A stretch of 60,993 nt of DNA, filler included, from Basidiobolus ranarum (lineage: Eukaryota): assembly GCA_040143965.1 (NCBI GenBank). It is 10 parts of 10 records of this genome, joined end to end, with 100 filler letters (N's around TTAATTAATTAA, not from the genome) between each part and the next. Parts side by side here need not be neighbours in the genome. Positions count along the whole stretch, not along the records: positions 12,241 to 18,255 come from JASJQH010008311.1; positions 18,356 to 24,369 come from JASJQH010008312.1; positions 24,470 to 30,482 come from JASJQH010008313.1; 7 more parts are not named here. One strand, written 5' to 3'. A program made the translations under genes and the position numbers. Below are positions 12,701 through 25,188 of the stretch, one piece after another. Numbering within the stretch: the stretch's first letter is position 1; each line of letters starts with the position of its first letter. A model generated the notes under the pieces. That model was not told the origin of the DNA. It worked only from the letters and a program-made list of their open reading frames with translations, and ran no database searches.

Positions 12701-14302
12701 ATTAGTTGGCTATATAAGAGTAGTAAGCCTGGGTTGGATAAACTTATCCGGTTTCTATCCAGTTTCATTAGTTATGCCAAATCATATAAAACCATCATTA
12801 ATGGAAATTTTTATAATGAATTCAATTCCAATATCTAGGGAATGACTGTACCAGCTTTCTTTTGAAAGTCGGATGCGGAAAAAATGAATGGGAATCAATT
12901 ATTGGAGTGAAATATCTACCTCCGGGCGATATAGCATCAAACAGAAATATTTGACTGTTACGGGAAGTATGGTGGTTAACTCTTGACTAACTTGGGAATA
13001 TCACACAACTAATGTATTAACTGGCATTAACAACGGCCATCTATGAAGGAATCGCGTCGCCTCCACCTACTTCTAACAAGCTCAACCAATAACCGAGTAA
13101 TAATAAATTGATTTAAGACCAATTATACATTGTATAACTTGCTAACTACTTCAGTCCGATTTACTTTACTACCAATGATACTATCGATGACACTATCCTT
13201 GAGATAGCATGTATTATTTCGTAGGCTAGTCTTGATCAACCAAGTCAGGTGCAGCTAAAACATAGTATTTTAAACCATATAATGTACATAATATTCTCAC
13301 CACTTTGAACCAATTCATCACACGTTTCTATGGACATCTCGCATCTAAATACCACGAATCATTTCAAGGCCTAACAATGGCTGCTCCCATTTTGTAGTTT
13401 TGGATAGGTCACACAATTTATCTTTTACTCCAATAGTTCTTTTTATTTACCTGATTGTCAAGCGCGAATTCTACGATGAGTCATATGGTTAATGCTAATT
13501 TGGAGGACGGAATACTGACCTCGGGACAACAAGAGCAGTTGATGTAACATCAAACCGCTCAGTATGGCCCAAATGCCCAAACCATGGTAGAAAGAAGGAC
13601 AGATAGTGTTTATTCTTTGCTTGGATTCTGAGTTCCAATGATGGTGAATATTCATGATGAGATGATGGTCACTGATGATGGTTACTACCGGAAACCTGTC
13701 GCCAGCAACACTTCCATTTCTGAATAGTTATGAATCAATAGGAAAAGGAAAGTAACACGAGAGATTTCACTATCAGCCACACATCGAATTTGGAGTATTT
13801 CTTTATGGGAAAATTAGCTGCTGCAGATTACCAGGCTCGTGAGCTCTGAGATAACTAGTATTGGTTTGATTTATTGAAACTTGCGCACACTTTTCAAATT
13901 CAGATTTGTGTAACTACTTCGGTGATTGAAAGGACAGAGCATGCCTATGTGTGTCTAAAAAATCCTACAACTGATAACACATTCGATTTCTTGATTGGAT
14001 AATGAGGTGTTGGAACTACTATTGTTGAGGATGGGAAAGCAATGTAAATCGGAAACTTGTTCAGACTGGATTCGTCACCATAGAGAAGAGTAACTGACAT
14101 TCTTAATAAAATAGAAAACGATCGACTAGGGGCATGAAGTATCCGTTACTTGTATATCCACAACTTGTCCTACTGTAACGGTTACATTCATTCCCCATGT
14201 AGGGAAGAAATCGTTGCTGGCCGAAGAAGAATTAATAAATACCGAGTGAATCTGTATGAAACTTTACACAAAAACTCATTCCGAGCGGTTTCTCTACTGA
14301 TT

Positions 14303-15373
14303 ATGAAGTGGCTTATACCTATCTGCTCGCTGTTGGCTTTGGGCAGCACTGTCGCTACTCCCATCACTAAACGTGAAGCTCTTGCCGTGCTTGAGAAATC
14401 GGAATTAGATACCCTGAAGACACATGCCAAATACGCATCCGCTGCCTACTGCCCACAAGCCAAACTACAGAACTGGACCTGTGGTGAACGTTGCGTGGGT
14501 AATTTAAATGTGACCTCATACTTCTCGGAAGAGAGCTCAGGCTTAGCTGGTTATCTAGGATATAGCCAAGAAGAAAAGAAGATTGTCATCTCATTTCGCG
14601 GGTAAGGGTTTTTATGAGCATTAGTGATGAAGCCGAAATCTAACCTTTCTACAGTTCAGCTAATTGGGCCAACTGGGTGAAAAATCTGGCATTTGTACAG
14701 AATAACTTCGTCTATCCTACAGCTAGTGACCGTGTCAAAGTCCACAGTGGGTTCTACGAAAGCTACACGAGTGTTGAAAAGAAAATTCACCTTGAACTTA
14801 AGCAGATATTGACCACACTAAAGAATGAGACAGAACCCTATAAGTTGGTCATCACTGGGCATTCTCTGGTAAGTAACTAGGGTCAGTTAGTTTTCATGAA
14901 GATGATTCACTCAACAAGTTCACTTTATCTAGGGTGCTGCAGTTGCGGCTTTCTGCGCCATGGATATCAAAAGATTTTACTTGAATCCCAAGAGTGAGAA
15001 GTGCTACAAAAAGGACTTGTTGATCATTGATCGTTCACAAATCTATCTACATACTTATGGTCAACCAAGAACCGGAAATGTAGACTTTTCCCAGCTTGTA
15101 TACGATACATTCGGAAAGAATACCACTCATGCCACCTTGGCCAGAGTTACCAACAAAAATGATCCAGTATCCAGGCTTCCACCTCAAAACTTGGGCTATC
15201 TCCATCATCCACATGAAGTTTACATTCGTAAGGATGATACTACTGTAGCTTGTAATGATGTCACTAACAACAAAGTGAACGAAGATCCCAACTGCATAAA
15301 TAGCATATTTTTCCCAGTGGGCTTCAGCGCCCATTCAAAGTTCTGGGGAGTCACTTTTGGTTCCGGTTGTTAG
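14303..15373 (+). CDS. Secreted class-3 triacylglycerol lipase, 3 exons
   Basis: Signal peptide MKWLIPICSLLALG; ISFRGS, VHSGF, GHSL|G across intron, TYGQPRTGN, DPVSRLPP. Introns 14602-14654 and 14869-14932. Confidence 0.95.
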
Positions 15374-15381
15374 GATTCCCT

Positions 15382-15460
15382 CTTTTGATTAATACCCTTT
15401 TGAATACCCTTTTGATTAATACCCTTTTGAATACCCTTTTGATTAATACTATACCCTTTT
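15382..15460. repeat. Tandem repeat in lipase 3' UTR
   Basis: Alternating CTTTTGATTAATACC / CTTTTGAATACC units. Confidence 0.85.
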
Positions 15461-16018
15461 AATTACTTTCTCCCAATCATAATAAACGTGATCTAATAAA
15501 TCACCGGTTCTAGCTCTGAAATCCTAGTCTAATATTCATTATATCGTATAACTCCAGGAATTGTTGTTTGTTTATCCATTTCGTACACGGATATATATGT
15601 ATATATATGAGTGCTGTGATAAAGTGAACTACAGAAAAAGGAATAGAAATTACATGGATGAGGGAGTTGAATAAAAAAGAGATATGTGTGAGTTGTTGGT
15701 TGAAAAAAGGATCTATGTGATGAAAATATGAACTATGCAAAGAAAGTATGAAATTTCTAGATAGAGCCTAGAAACCAAAGGATGATAGGATTGGAGTAGA
15801 GTGGACTCAAGAGAGGGGAAAGAGGGAAAGAGGGAAAGGAATGAACCAAATTATACTAAGAGAATTTGAGTAAGCGACGCAAGACCAAAGCAAATGAATA
15901 TGCGGAAAAGTGAAGTACAAAAGATGATGCGTATGTAGAGATGTGAGTGATGCTGACAGGTAATGCTCAGGGATAAAAGGGAGACGATAAAGTAGGTTTG
16001 TGTAGTAATGCAAAATGA

Positions 16019-18133
16019 TCAAATACTTATAGGTGATTTCCCTACTCGTTCCAAGATTTGCTTTGTAACATCACTTGGTTGTACACCAATAACTTGCATA
16101 TCGGTGTAGAGCTTTAGGGCACCATCAGGATCATCGATATTGAGATATGCCTCCATTAGTATGTTGTAGGTAATGGCGGTGGGCATAATTTCCCGATCCA
16201 GCATTTCCTTGTACAAACGCATCGCCTGTCGTAAATTCCAATCCTTTACATGGCCTCTGATTAGCACATTATATGTGACGGTACTGGGCTCGATTCGTTG
16301 TTTTACCATGTCTTGGTGTATTGCCATTGCCTTGACCATGTCACCTTTCTTAGCGTAACCATCGATTAGACTTGTATATGTAAATACGTTGGGTCGGATC
16401 TTCTGCGATAGCATTTCCTTAAATAACACCATCGCTTGATCAACATTGGAGTGTTTTACGTGAGCACTTATTAAGGTTGAATACGTGACAACCGTGGAAA
16501 CAATTCGCTCCCGTCGCATTCTCTCATGAATCTCGGTTGCAGATTGAAGGTCACCAATCTTTAGATATCCATTCATCAGAGCATTGTACGTAACTACAGT
16601 AGGTCGAATCCCTTCACGAAGCATATCTTCAAATATTTTATTTGCCTTCTCCATACCTTCTTCCTTAGCAGAACCATCTATAAGGACAGTATATGTTTGA
16701 ACATCTGGTCTTATCCGCGATTGTCGCATCTCCTCGTACACTCTTAGAGCATCTGATAAACTCCCATACTTCACGTAACCATTTATTAGGGTGTTGTAGG
16801 TTACTACATCGGGTTTAACACCGATCCGGGTCATCTCATCATATAGCTTGAGCGCCGAGTTAAGATCCTTTGTCCGGACATGACCGTTCATCAAGGTATT
16901 GTATGTTAGTAACCCCGGCGTGACATTCAAAGCTAGCATGTCGTAATAAAGCTCCATCGCTTCGTGAATGTTCTGTTGCTCGATTTGAGATTGTACTAAA
17001 GTGTGATAGGTTTCGAAATTGGGGACCACGTTGTTTGACATCATGTCGTTGTAAAACTTCATTGCATTAGTAACGTCGCGTTTCTGGGCGAGGGTTCGAA
17101 TAAGAAGGCTGTATGTGACGATGTTGGGGTAGACGTCCCGTTGAATCATCTCTTCGTAAAGTTGCATAGCGCTAACTATATCAGACTTTTTAATGAACGC
17201 CATCATCAACGAGGTATACGTGATCACGTCAGGTAGAAGTTCACTTGCCACCATTTCTTCATAACAGTCCAATGCTTTCCTTAAATCTGACTTCCTAACA
17301 TATGCCTGTATTAGGGTATTATAGGTGATTGCATTGGGGGTGATATTCCGTGAAAGCATATCGGTGTATAGCTCTCGAGCTTTCTTGAATCGATTTGCTT
17401 TTATGTTTGCGTGGATGAGAATCGAATAAGTCACCACATTAGGTGAGATACCCTTTGTGAGCATTTCCTCGTAGAGTGATGTGGCTTGAGCTAGATTCGA
17501 GGATTTGATGAAGGCATTGATGATAGTGTTGTATGCCACGACATCAAGGTAGACTTCTTTTTCTACGATCAGGTTGTAAAGGTCTACAATTATATCATTA
17601 TCCTCTAATTTTCCATTCTGTACTTTACTGTGTTCCACCAAAAATGAAATAATCAGACTGAATTCCTTGGCAGTCTCAAGATGTATCTTATGTGTTTTGA
17701 TGTATGTCAGTAGTTGGAGGATGTGCAACCGTTTTTCTTCTAGAGTCAAGTTTGAGCTTAGAAGGACCGTCGCTATTTGTGAGCATTGTTTCGAGCTTAA
17801 AAGGTTTTCTGGTTTGTTAGTGGTAAGATTGTTGTAACTCTGCCAAACGGAAGACACATCAGTGGAGGCTAGCGCGCTGTCTAGATTCTTCAGCTCAGCA
17901 TCAAAGTGGAGGTCTGTATTTAAACCAAGCGGATTATTTGCAGTGCAAAATCTACGTAAAAACAGACCCTTTTCCTGATAATAAATTATATATGTTTGTG
18001 AAGAGTTGGATATAGAGGAGAGCTTTTTGGAGGCGTTGTGAGAGGTTGATAGAGTTCTTATTGTACGATAATGAGAGGTTATAAATGCTAAGCGTCTGTT
18101 TTGAAAAAATTTAATAAGTAGCCGCACGGTCAT
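16019..18133 (-). CDS. P-class pentatricopeptide repeat protein (~14 repeats), probably mitochondrial
   Basis: Regular 35-aa motifs (PNVVTYSILI.., PDVVTYNTLINGYVK..). Arg/Ser-rich N-terminus; first in-frame ATG at 18133; intronless. Confidence 0.93.
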   Translation of the reverse strand: MTVRLLIKFFQNRRLAFITSHYRTIRTLSTSHNASKKLSSISNSSQTYIIYYQEKGLFLRRFCTANNPLGLNTDLHFDAELKNLDSALASTDVSSVWQSYNNLTTNKPENLLSSKQCSQIATVLLSSNLTLEEKRLHILQLLTYIKTHKIHLETAKEFSLIISFLVEHSKVQNGKLEDNDIIVDLYNLIVEKEVYLDVVAYNTIINAFIKSSNLAQATSLYEEMLTKGISPNVVTYSILIHANIKANRFKKARELYTDMLSRNITPNAITYNTLIQAYVRKSDLRKALDCYEEMVASELLPDVITYTSLMMAFIKKSDIVSAMQLYEEMIQRDVYPNIVTYSLLIRTLAQKRDVTNAMKFYNDMMSNNVVPNFETYHTLVQSQIEQQNIHEAMELYYDMLALNVTPGLLTYNTLMNGHVRTKDLNSALKLYDEMTRIGVKPDVVTYNTLINGYVKYGSLSDALRVYEEMRQSRIRPDVQTYTVLIDGSAKEEGMEKANKIFEDMLREGIRPTVVTYNALMNGYLKIGDLQSATEIHERMRRERIVSTVVTYSTLISAHVKHSNVDQAMVLFKEMLSQKIRPNVFTYTSLIDGYAKKGDMVKAMAIHQDMVKQRIEPSTVTYNVLIRGHVKDWNLRQAMRLYKEMLDREIMPTAITYNILMEAYLNIDDPDGALKLYTDMQVIGVQPSDVTKQILERVGKSPISI

Positions 18134-18355
18134 GGTCCCAGCATTCAAAGCGGCATTGGACAGCCGTGGTTCAGAGCAACGTAAACTATTCTTCGTGTTC
18201 GTAATACTTTTCCTAGGGAATAACTGGTAGGCTGAGTATCACTATTCATGGATTTNNNNNNNNNNNNNNNNNNNNNNNNNNNNNNNNNNNNNNNNNNNNT
18301 TAATTAATTAANNNNNNNNNNNNNNNNNNNNNNNNNNNNNNNNNNNNNNNNNNNN

Positions 18356-18500
18356 TCGCCCCCGTTCTTACGGTAAAGGTTCTCGTCAATGCCGCGTATG
18401 CACCCATCGCGCTGGTCTCATCCGTAAATACGGTTTGGACGTCTGCAGACAATGCTTCCGTCAATATGCCGCTGATATTGGTTTCGCCAAGTACCGTTAA
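18356..18500 (+). CDS. RPS29: 40S ribosomal protein S29 (uS14), 5'-partial
   Basis: [47 protein letters not shown]; missed by the ORF track. Confidence 0.96.
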
Positions 18501-18882
18501 ACTGCAGTAGTCGTTTTGCTTTGACTTCCGATTTCTATTCTTTTGTGTAGCTTTTTATTTAAACTCGCAAAATAAAAAAACCTTCGGACAAGTGAAGATT
18601 ATTGATAAATCACATTTTCTCTTACCTTCAAGTAAATCAGTAATGGATGGGTATATCTTATGTTTGGATGTAGATTATTTTTCTTTGCCAAGCCCAAGCT
18701 TTAGATGAGTTTCTGTGAGTGCTCATACAGATGAAAAACGTATCTTGTGTATAGTACACTGGTAATATAAATTAAATGTGTTTAATGGTTTTATTGAGAG
18801 GTGTACAAGTATATCATGTACTGTCATGAGCTCATAATAGTGATGAAAGTATAAGATATCGCAATAGAATATTAATACTAAG

Positions 18883-19544
18883 TTAACGATTGCCTGTAAA
18901 AGAGAAATATTTAGCATGCAGTTTTCGAGAGTAGTGTATACAGAAATCAACATACTCTTAGCGACACGCTCCAACTCATCCTCCTCCATGATAGCATCAC
19001 TGGTGCCTGCGCCTTCGGCGGCGTGGAGACGCGCATCAGCTAAGCATTCAGCAATGGTCTTAACGTTTCTGAAAGCAGATTCACGGGTACCAGTGGTCAA
19101 AAGGTGAATGGCTTGATTGACTCTTCTCAAAGGAGATACATCAACAGCTTGTCTGCGAACAGTACCAGAGCTACCAATACGGGTAGAGTCTTCACGAGGA
19201 CCACTGTTGATAATGGCATCGATGAGAACTTGAAGGGGGTTTTGGTCAGTGAGAAGGTTGACAATCTCAAAGGCATGCTTAACAATACGGACAGCCATAA
19301 GCTTCTTGCCGTTGTTGCGGCCGTGCATCATGAGAGAGTTGGTCAAACGTTCAACAACTGGGCATTGAGCCTTTCTGAACTTCTTGGTAGCATATCTACC
19401 GGCAGTATGAGGCAAGTAAACAGGTGCTCTAACTTGAAGATAGTCAGTCAAGGAGATATCCTTGATCTCAAGATCTTCGTAAGACCATTTGTTGAAAAGC
19501 ATGATGCTTTGGGCATCGCCAGTGATTTCAGCAGGAAGAGCCAT
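18883..19544 (-). CDS. RPS5: 40S ribosomal protein S5 (uS7)
   Basis: Canonical RPS5 sequence. Intron 18955-18894 restores the terminal KSNR*, so the ORF-track extension to 18723 is intron read-through. Probable 5' UTR intron. Confidence 0.96.
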
Positions 19545-20170
19545 GTTCCGTTATGCCTTTAAGAGTCATCTAGGTTAGTATGTGCTAGAAGGATGGATGT
19601 ACTACGACTATGGTTCTTCATATCTGTACGCTGATAATAGTATATGCCTACCGTTTACTTAGGGAATTTAAACCGACAGGAAAGGAGGACCATGCTAAAA
19701 TTCGTGGTGTATTTTGTCCATTTCCCAGCAAGAATCCGATTTTTTCATTTAGCCAATCAGTCGACTCTTTCGCCGAGCCAGAAGCCTGATCCCGAAAAAT
19801 CAGTATCACATCTGAGGGACCGGATTAGGTATGAATATAAGGATGAATCAAGCCAGCCTCGCAAAATAAACATCAATTAACCAATATATCAAATTGAACT
19901 TTACCTGCTTGTTACTTGAATTCTATCCATATTGGACTGCATATCTCTATTCAGCCTTGATCAACATGCACATTATCCAAATTTCTCCGAAGGTAGCTTG
20001 ATACAAGAGAGTTGTAGAATGTCTACGTGAAAGCTTGTTCGACCACATGGGGTTTATTTTATATTTTAGGTTTGACAATAATATTAAGTTGCCCTAGATT
20101 TTTTTCTCATTCAATACTAAAATAGCCCACCACGCTCAGTTATCTAATATTGACTTGACTTTCCATTAAT

Positions 20171-21222
20171 ATGCTTCCAGCAACCAAATACTCTGTAGTT
20201 ATTTTAGGCGGTGGTGGCGTTGGCAAATCCGCCATAACTCTGAATTTTGTTCGCAAGCAGTAAGTAACTTTATTGCCTTCACCTTCCCCATCTTCTTCAG
20301 TTATTTACTCCTATTGAGAATAGATTTGTAGAGGAGTAAGTTTCACTGTTTCATGTCCGTTGTAAGTTGAGGTATACTAAGCTGCTGGCATTCCTTCTCT
20401 CTTTAAACTTGGTGCTTAGATATGATCCTACCATTGGTAATATACATATATACATGTAATTAACTTTAAAGAGTTGTATTAACCACAAATAAATTGAATA
20501 ATGCTAGAGGACTGTTATTGCAAAACTCTTATTGTGGACGGAGTAGAATATAACCTCGATATTACAGATACCGCTGGCCAAGAAGAATACCGGTATGATG
20601 AGCATTCTTGTAGTTCAACTGAGAATTCAACTAATGTTTGAACGACATTAAACTCCGTATTTAGTGGCTTGTTTGGAGATAAATTCATGAGACAAGGAGA
20701 TGGGTTCATTTGCGTTTATTCTATCAACTCTAAAGACTCTCTTGAAGAATTGGAAGCCATTGTCCACCAAATCTATCGCGCCAAAGAGGGGGACCCAGTA
20801 AGTTTCAGGGTACCTAGTCATGCTGATGTCAATATTTACAATCAATATGTAGTGTCCAATTATTATCGTTGGCAATAAGTGCGACTTAGAGGAGCAACGC
20901 CAAGTATCCCTTGATCAGGGCAAAGCTTTTGCCAAACAGTCAAATGCATTGTTTTTGGAAACTAGGTAAGCGTCGATGAGATCTGATTCGCATAACTTTC
21001 AATAGCTGATAATGCCCCCACTCTCAATCCCACTCACTATCAATTAGTGCTAAAACTCGCATCAATATCGAAGAAACATTTGATCTGATTGTCAAAGAGA
21101 TACGCCGACAAACCCAAGTGTCACCAGCTGTTAAGCAAAGTACAAAAGCAAGCGCAGACCCTAAACACTCCTCTGATGCATACGACAAGGACGAGAATAC
21201 GCGCTGCTGTATTGTACAATAA
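20171..21222 (+). CDS. Ras-family small GTPase, 7 exons
   Basis: [33 protein letters not shown]-terminal CCIVQ (CaaX). Micro-exons 20324-20335 and 20420-20436. Confidence 0.93.
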
Positions 21223-21385
21223 TCTATTTAATAATAACAGATCCCCCACCTACACCTATGAATACATGTCTAGACATTGCTATCAAACACAGTATTAAAA
21301 TCTATGATAAATCCAAAATCATTTTATTGCGGGATTCAGGTTAATATGCATATAGAGAAACTATATTGTGAGAAACCAAGGATAT

Positions 21386-21764
21386 CTAAGATTCCATCAA
21401 TTCACGAAGACGACGGACGGTGCTTCTGACGGTAGCAGCAGCAGTGGTAGAGACGGTCCAGGCACCACCGGCCATGACCTTACGGCAACCACGGCATTCC
21501 CAGATACCAACAGATTGACGCTTGACAGCATCCTTACCACAGAAAGTACAGGTGTACTTAGCGTGTTGGGTGATTTCCATCTTCTTTACTTGCTTTCTGA
21601 GGGAAGCACCATAACGGGTACCGTACTTACCAACAACTCCAACCTTTTTAGTGCGTTTGGCCTAATATACAAAGGAATTAAGACTAAGAACATACTAGAG
21701 GCTTACTACCCAGATGGATGGATGTAATGACTTATTGATAATGAATGTTTATGCTACTAACCAT
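21386..21764 (-). CDS. RPL43: 60S ribosomal protein L43 (eL43/L37a)
   Basis: ATG 21764-21762, intron 21761-21662, then [33 protein letters not shown]. Confidence 0.96.
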
Positions 21765-22278
21765 TTGGACTAGATGATCCTGAAATGGATGAAAAAGAAG
21801 GAAACCACTACATGGAGGCCTACTTTTGATAAACCTTTGCGGATTTCATCTTCAAATCAAGAATAAATGGTGATTGGTGGAGACGCTACTTTTCATCTCA
21901 TTGTTTGCTGAATTATTTGTACATTTCACTAACCATCATCTTAATCAATTAGATTCAGTTTAATAGCAACTAGTCAATAAGGGTTAGGGTTGATGTATAT
22001 ATATATTATGATATCTATACTATGGTCTATTCTTAAGGATACCGCAGTCAATGTATTTTCTAACCTTTTACTAGCAGTTAGTATGTATTTTATTATAGGA
22101 ATCAAATGAGATGGAATTTTTTTCGAGTTGATAATTTTACGTGTTTATTTACATTAAGTTTGTATCTGGTTGAGCCACCAAATACCTTGAACTCATTCAA
22201 CTCAGTTTTCTTACCTTGAAAGCGTGTATTTTCACGTCCAACAGGCCTTGGCCGTAAATACCAAAAGCTTTACACACG

Positions 22279-24369
22279 ATGGGGGTTAGCAACTCATACA
22301 TATATGCATATAGTCTCAGGGTTTCTCTTAACACAAGTTTACCTTTTATATTGATCTTCTCTCACTATCTAGGCTGAAGCACAACTTGGAGTCATTGAAT
22401 CCATTGAGTTGGTAAATTTCATGTGCCATCGTTATTTGAAGGTTAATCTAGGACCAAAAATCAATTTCATCATTGGACATAATGGAAGTAGGTCGTTTTA
22501 TTAAATACTCCATCGCTTCAAACATTCCTCACTAATTCAATCCGGTCGTGTATTAATTAAGGTGGAAAAAGTGCTATCCTTTCAGGCATCACTGTTTGTC
22601 TAGGAGGAAAAGCAACGGTAACCAATCGTGCAAGTAATCTTAAAAGTTTGATCCGTGAGGGTTCTTCGTATGTTTAGAGCTTACTTATATTCAACCACTC
22701 TTACCAAAAACTAAATGAATCTCACTTTGAAAGTGTAGGACAAGTGGTAGTGAAACTTCGCAACCAGGGATCGGAAGCGTACAAACCTGAAGTTTATGAG
22801 GATTGTATTATTATTGAACGTCGTATTTCTCGAGATGGTAATAACGGCTACAAAATTAAGTCATCTGAAGGAAAAACGATATCTACCAAACGTGAAGAGC
22901 TCTCTGCTATTTGTGATCATATGGGAATTCAAATCGATAATCCTATGAATGTACTGTCTCAAGATACGGCTAGACAATTTCTTAATTCTACGTCTCCTGA
23001 GGAAAAATATAAGGTGGGTTAAGAATGTTAACTTAAAGGAAAAGAATCATTATCTAATTGTAAGATGTTCAGTTCTTTCTTCGCGGAACCCAATTGACGC
23101 AACTCAGTGAAGACAATGAAATCATTCGTGAGAGTATCGACACTACAGAGAACATCATACGTAACAAGAAACAGGTAAATCGTCGTTTACTGGTAAAATA
23201 TAAGTGCAGCATATTAATTGAAACTCCTTCATCCCTCCAGGTTCTACCAGATCTTCTCAAAGAGGCGAAAAATGCGGAGGGGCGTTTCAAAGATATGGAG
23301 CAAGCACGTGAATTACGTTTGAAAGTGGAAGCCATGAAGCGTGAAATAGCTTGGGCACAGGTAGTAGAAAAAGAAGAATCATTACACATCGCAGAAACAC
23401 GTTTATACAAAGGACAAAAAAAACTTCCAGCTATTCAAAATGAATTAGAAAAAGAAAATACTAGTTTTGAACAGATAAATACTCGTATTAGTCAGCTTGA
23501 GGATGAGAAAAACGAACATCAGATGGCTCTACGACCTCTAGAAAAACGTAAACAAGAGCCTATAGAAGCTCTCAAAGAAAAGCGGCGACAACTGCAAGAT
23601 TTTCAGCATGAGTCGCAAGAGATTAACGGGACCTTCAAAAGTTTACGGTCGAATTTAGCGGAACTGGAGAAAAAGATCAAAGACGAAACAAGTAAACTTA
23701 ATGGAGATAATTCTAATCGACGCGAAGAAGCTCTCAACAAAATCAAAGCACTCGAATTGGAGATTGAAGATGCCAAACGAGGAATTGAAGAATCACGCGA
23801 GAAGCACAAAGAATACGAGATATCCAATACAGAAGCCAAGGAACGTTATTCACAAATCCGAGAGTCCATCAAATCTATTGAACGAGAGGTCTCCGAGTTT
23901 AAAGAGAATATCCAACGACTAGAGGATCAGAAAACCAACAGATTAAAGGCGTTCGGATCGATGATGCCAGAGATTTTGAAAGAAGTCGAGCGCGAAGGTC
24001 GATGGAAGTCTAAGCCTGTAGGGCCAATTGGTGCATATACAAAGCTGAGAAAAAGCGAATGGGCTGATACTATGGAGTCGTTGGTAGGGAACTTACTGGA
24101 TTGTTTTATTGTCGAGTACCATCAGGATCGTCAGCTGTTACAAAGTATCCTACACAAGTACAAGTGCCCCAGCAAAATCTTTGTTAGTAAAAACGACAAT
24201 TTCGACTACTCTGCTGGAGAGCCCGATCAACGATTCCTCACAGCTCTACGAGTTCTAGGTATATCTGACTCTGGAATTGCAGATCTTTGTAATGGTGTGA
24301 AGAATTTGGTAAGTGGGACAGTAGAGCCTAAACTCACTGGCTCCTTTGCTTTTCCCTTGGGTTTACTAA
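22279..24369 (+). CDS. SMC6: Structural maintenance of chromosomes protein 6, 3'-partial, multi-exon
   Basis: [41 protein letters not shown], coiled coil, hinge PVGPIG. Start codon uncertain; cut by contig end. Confidence 0.9.
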
Positions 24370-24469
24370 NNNNNNNNNNNNNNNNNNNNNNNNNNNNNNN
24401 NNNNNNNNNNNNNTTAATTAATTAANNNNNNNNNNNNNNNNNNNNNNNNNNNNNNNNNNNNNNNNNNNN

Positions 24470-25188
24470 TGATACATATATCAGAAACAGAAAGCAACAT
24501 ATCTATAGCCCTTATATTCTAAATAGGAATATTTCTATATCTATATAACAATTATGTCTTATTACCCCCACTTATCAATTATATCTTATTACATAAACTC
24601 CTGAATATATCAAACAACTGATTTACTTTTCTACTCTTCAAGTCACCATACACTCTTAAGAATAAAGTAACTAAAACACACTATCATAAGTTGCTTCTAA
24701 TACTCAAAGTCTTCCCCCATTATGTCAAGATCCTCCAACATGGTAGCAGCAAGTGAATTAGAGTCTTCTTTCCAATAGGAGATTACTATTATTCCAGCAT
24801 TCAATGGGGAAGATTTCCAATAATGTAAATTCAAGATGCAACTTGTGCTGGAAGGGAAACATGTCTTGGAAGTAGTTCTGCCAGATGAAGAAGAAGAAAC
24901 TTCTGAAGAAGAAAGTACAGATTCTGACACTGAACAAAAGAAGCCAGGGCAGCCTCCAATGAAAAAGACAGATTGGCATTTAGGGCAATATGTCTAAGAC
25001 TGGGATAATAGCAACTTATGCTAGTCAGAGATGCTGATTCTGCCAAGAATGCATGGGAAATCCTAGTGCAACATCATGAGCACAAAGGGCTTGCTCACTT
25101 GGTGATGCTACAAAGAAAATTCTTAAACTCTCATATGTCTGAGGACTCAGATACTATGACATATGTAAATGGTATCAAGAAACTGGCC
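24470..25188 (+). mobile_element. Decayed Ty1/Copia 5' end (probable LTR remnant and gag)
   Basis: From 24740: IIPAFNGEDFQ*CKFKMQLVLEGK, then after a frameshift SAKNAWEILVQHHEHKGLAHLVMLQRKFLN (Copia gag). Multiple stops. Confidence 0.8.

Noticed and set aside
12633-15460. Short tandem repeats at 12633 and 15382 as CRISPR-like arrays
   Set aside because: No unique spacers and no cas genes; ordinary minisatellites in a eukaryote.
18723-18955. 76-aa C-terminal extension of RPS5 in the ORF track
   Set aside because: Read-through of a GT-AG intron; splicing gives the normal KSNR stop.
19104-19562. Antisense ORFs over RPS5 (also over RPS20, RPL43, DAACS and MFS genes)
   Set aside because: Shadow ORFs caused by codon bias of the real genes.
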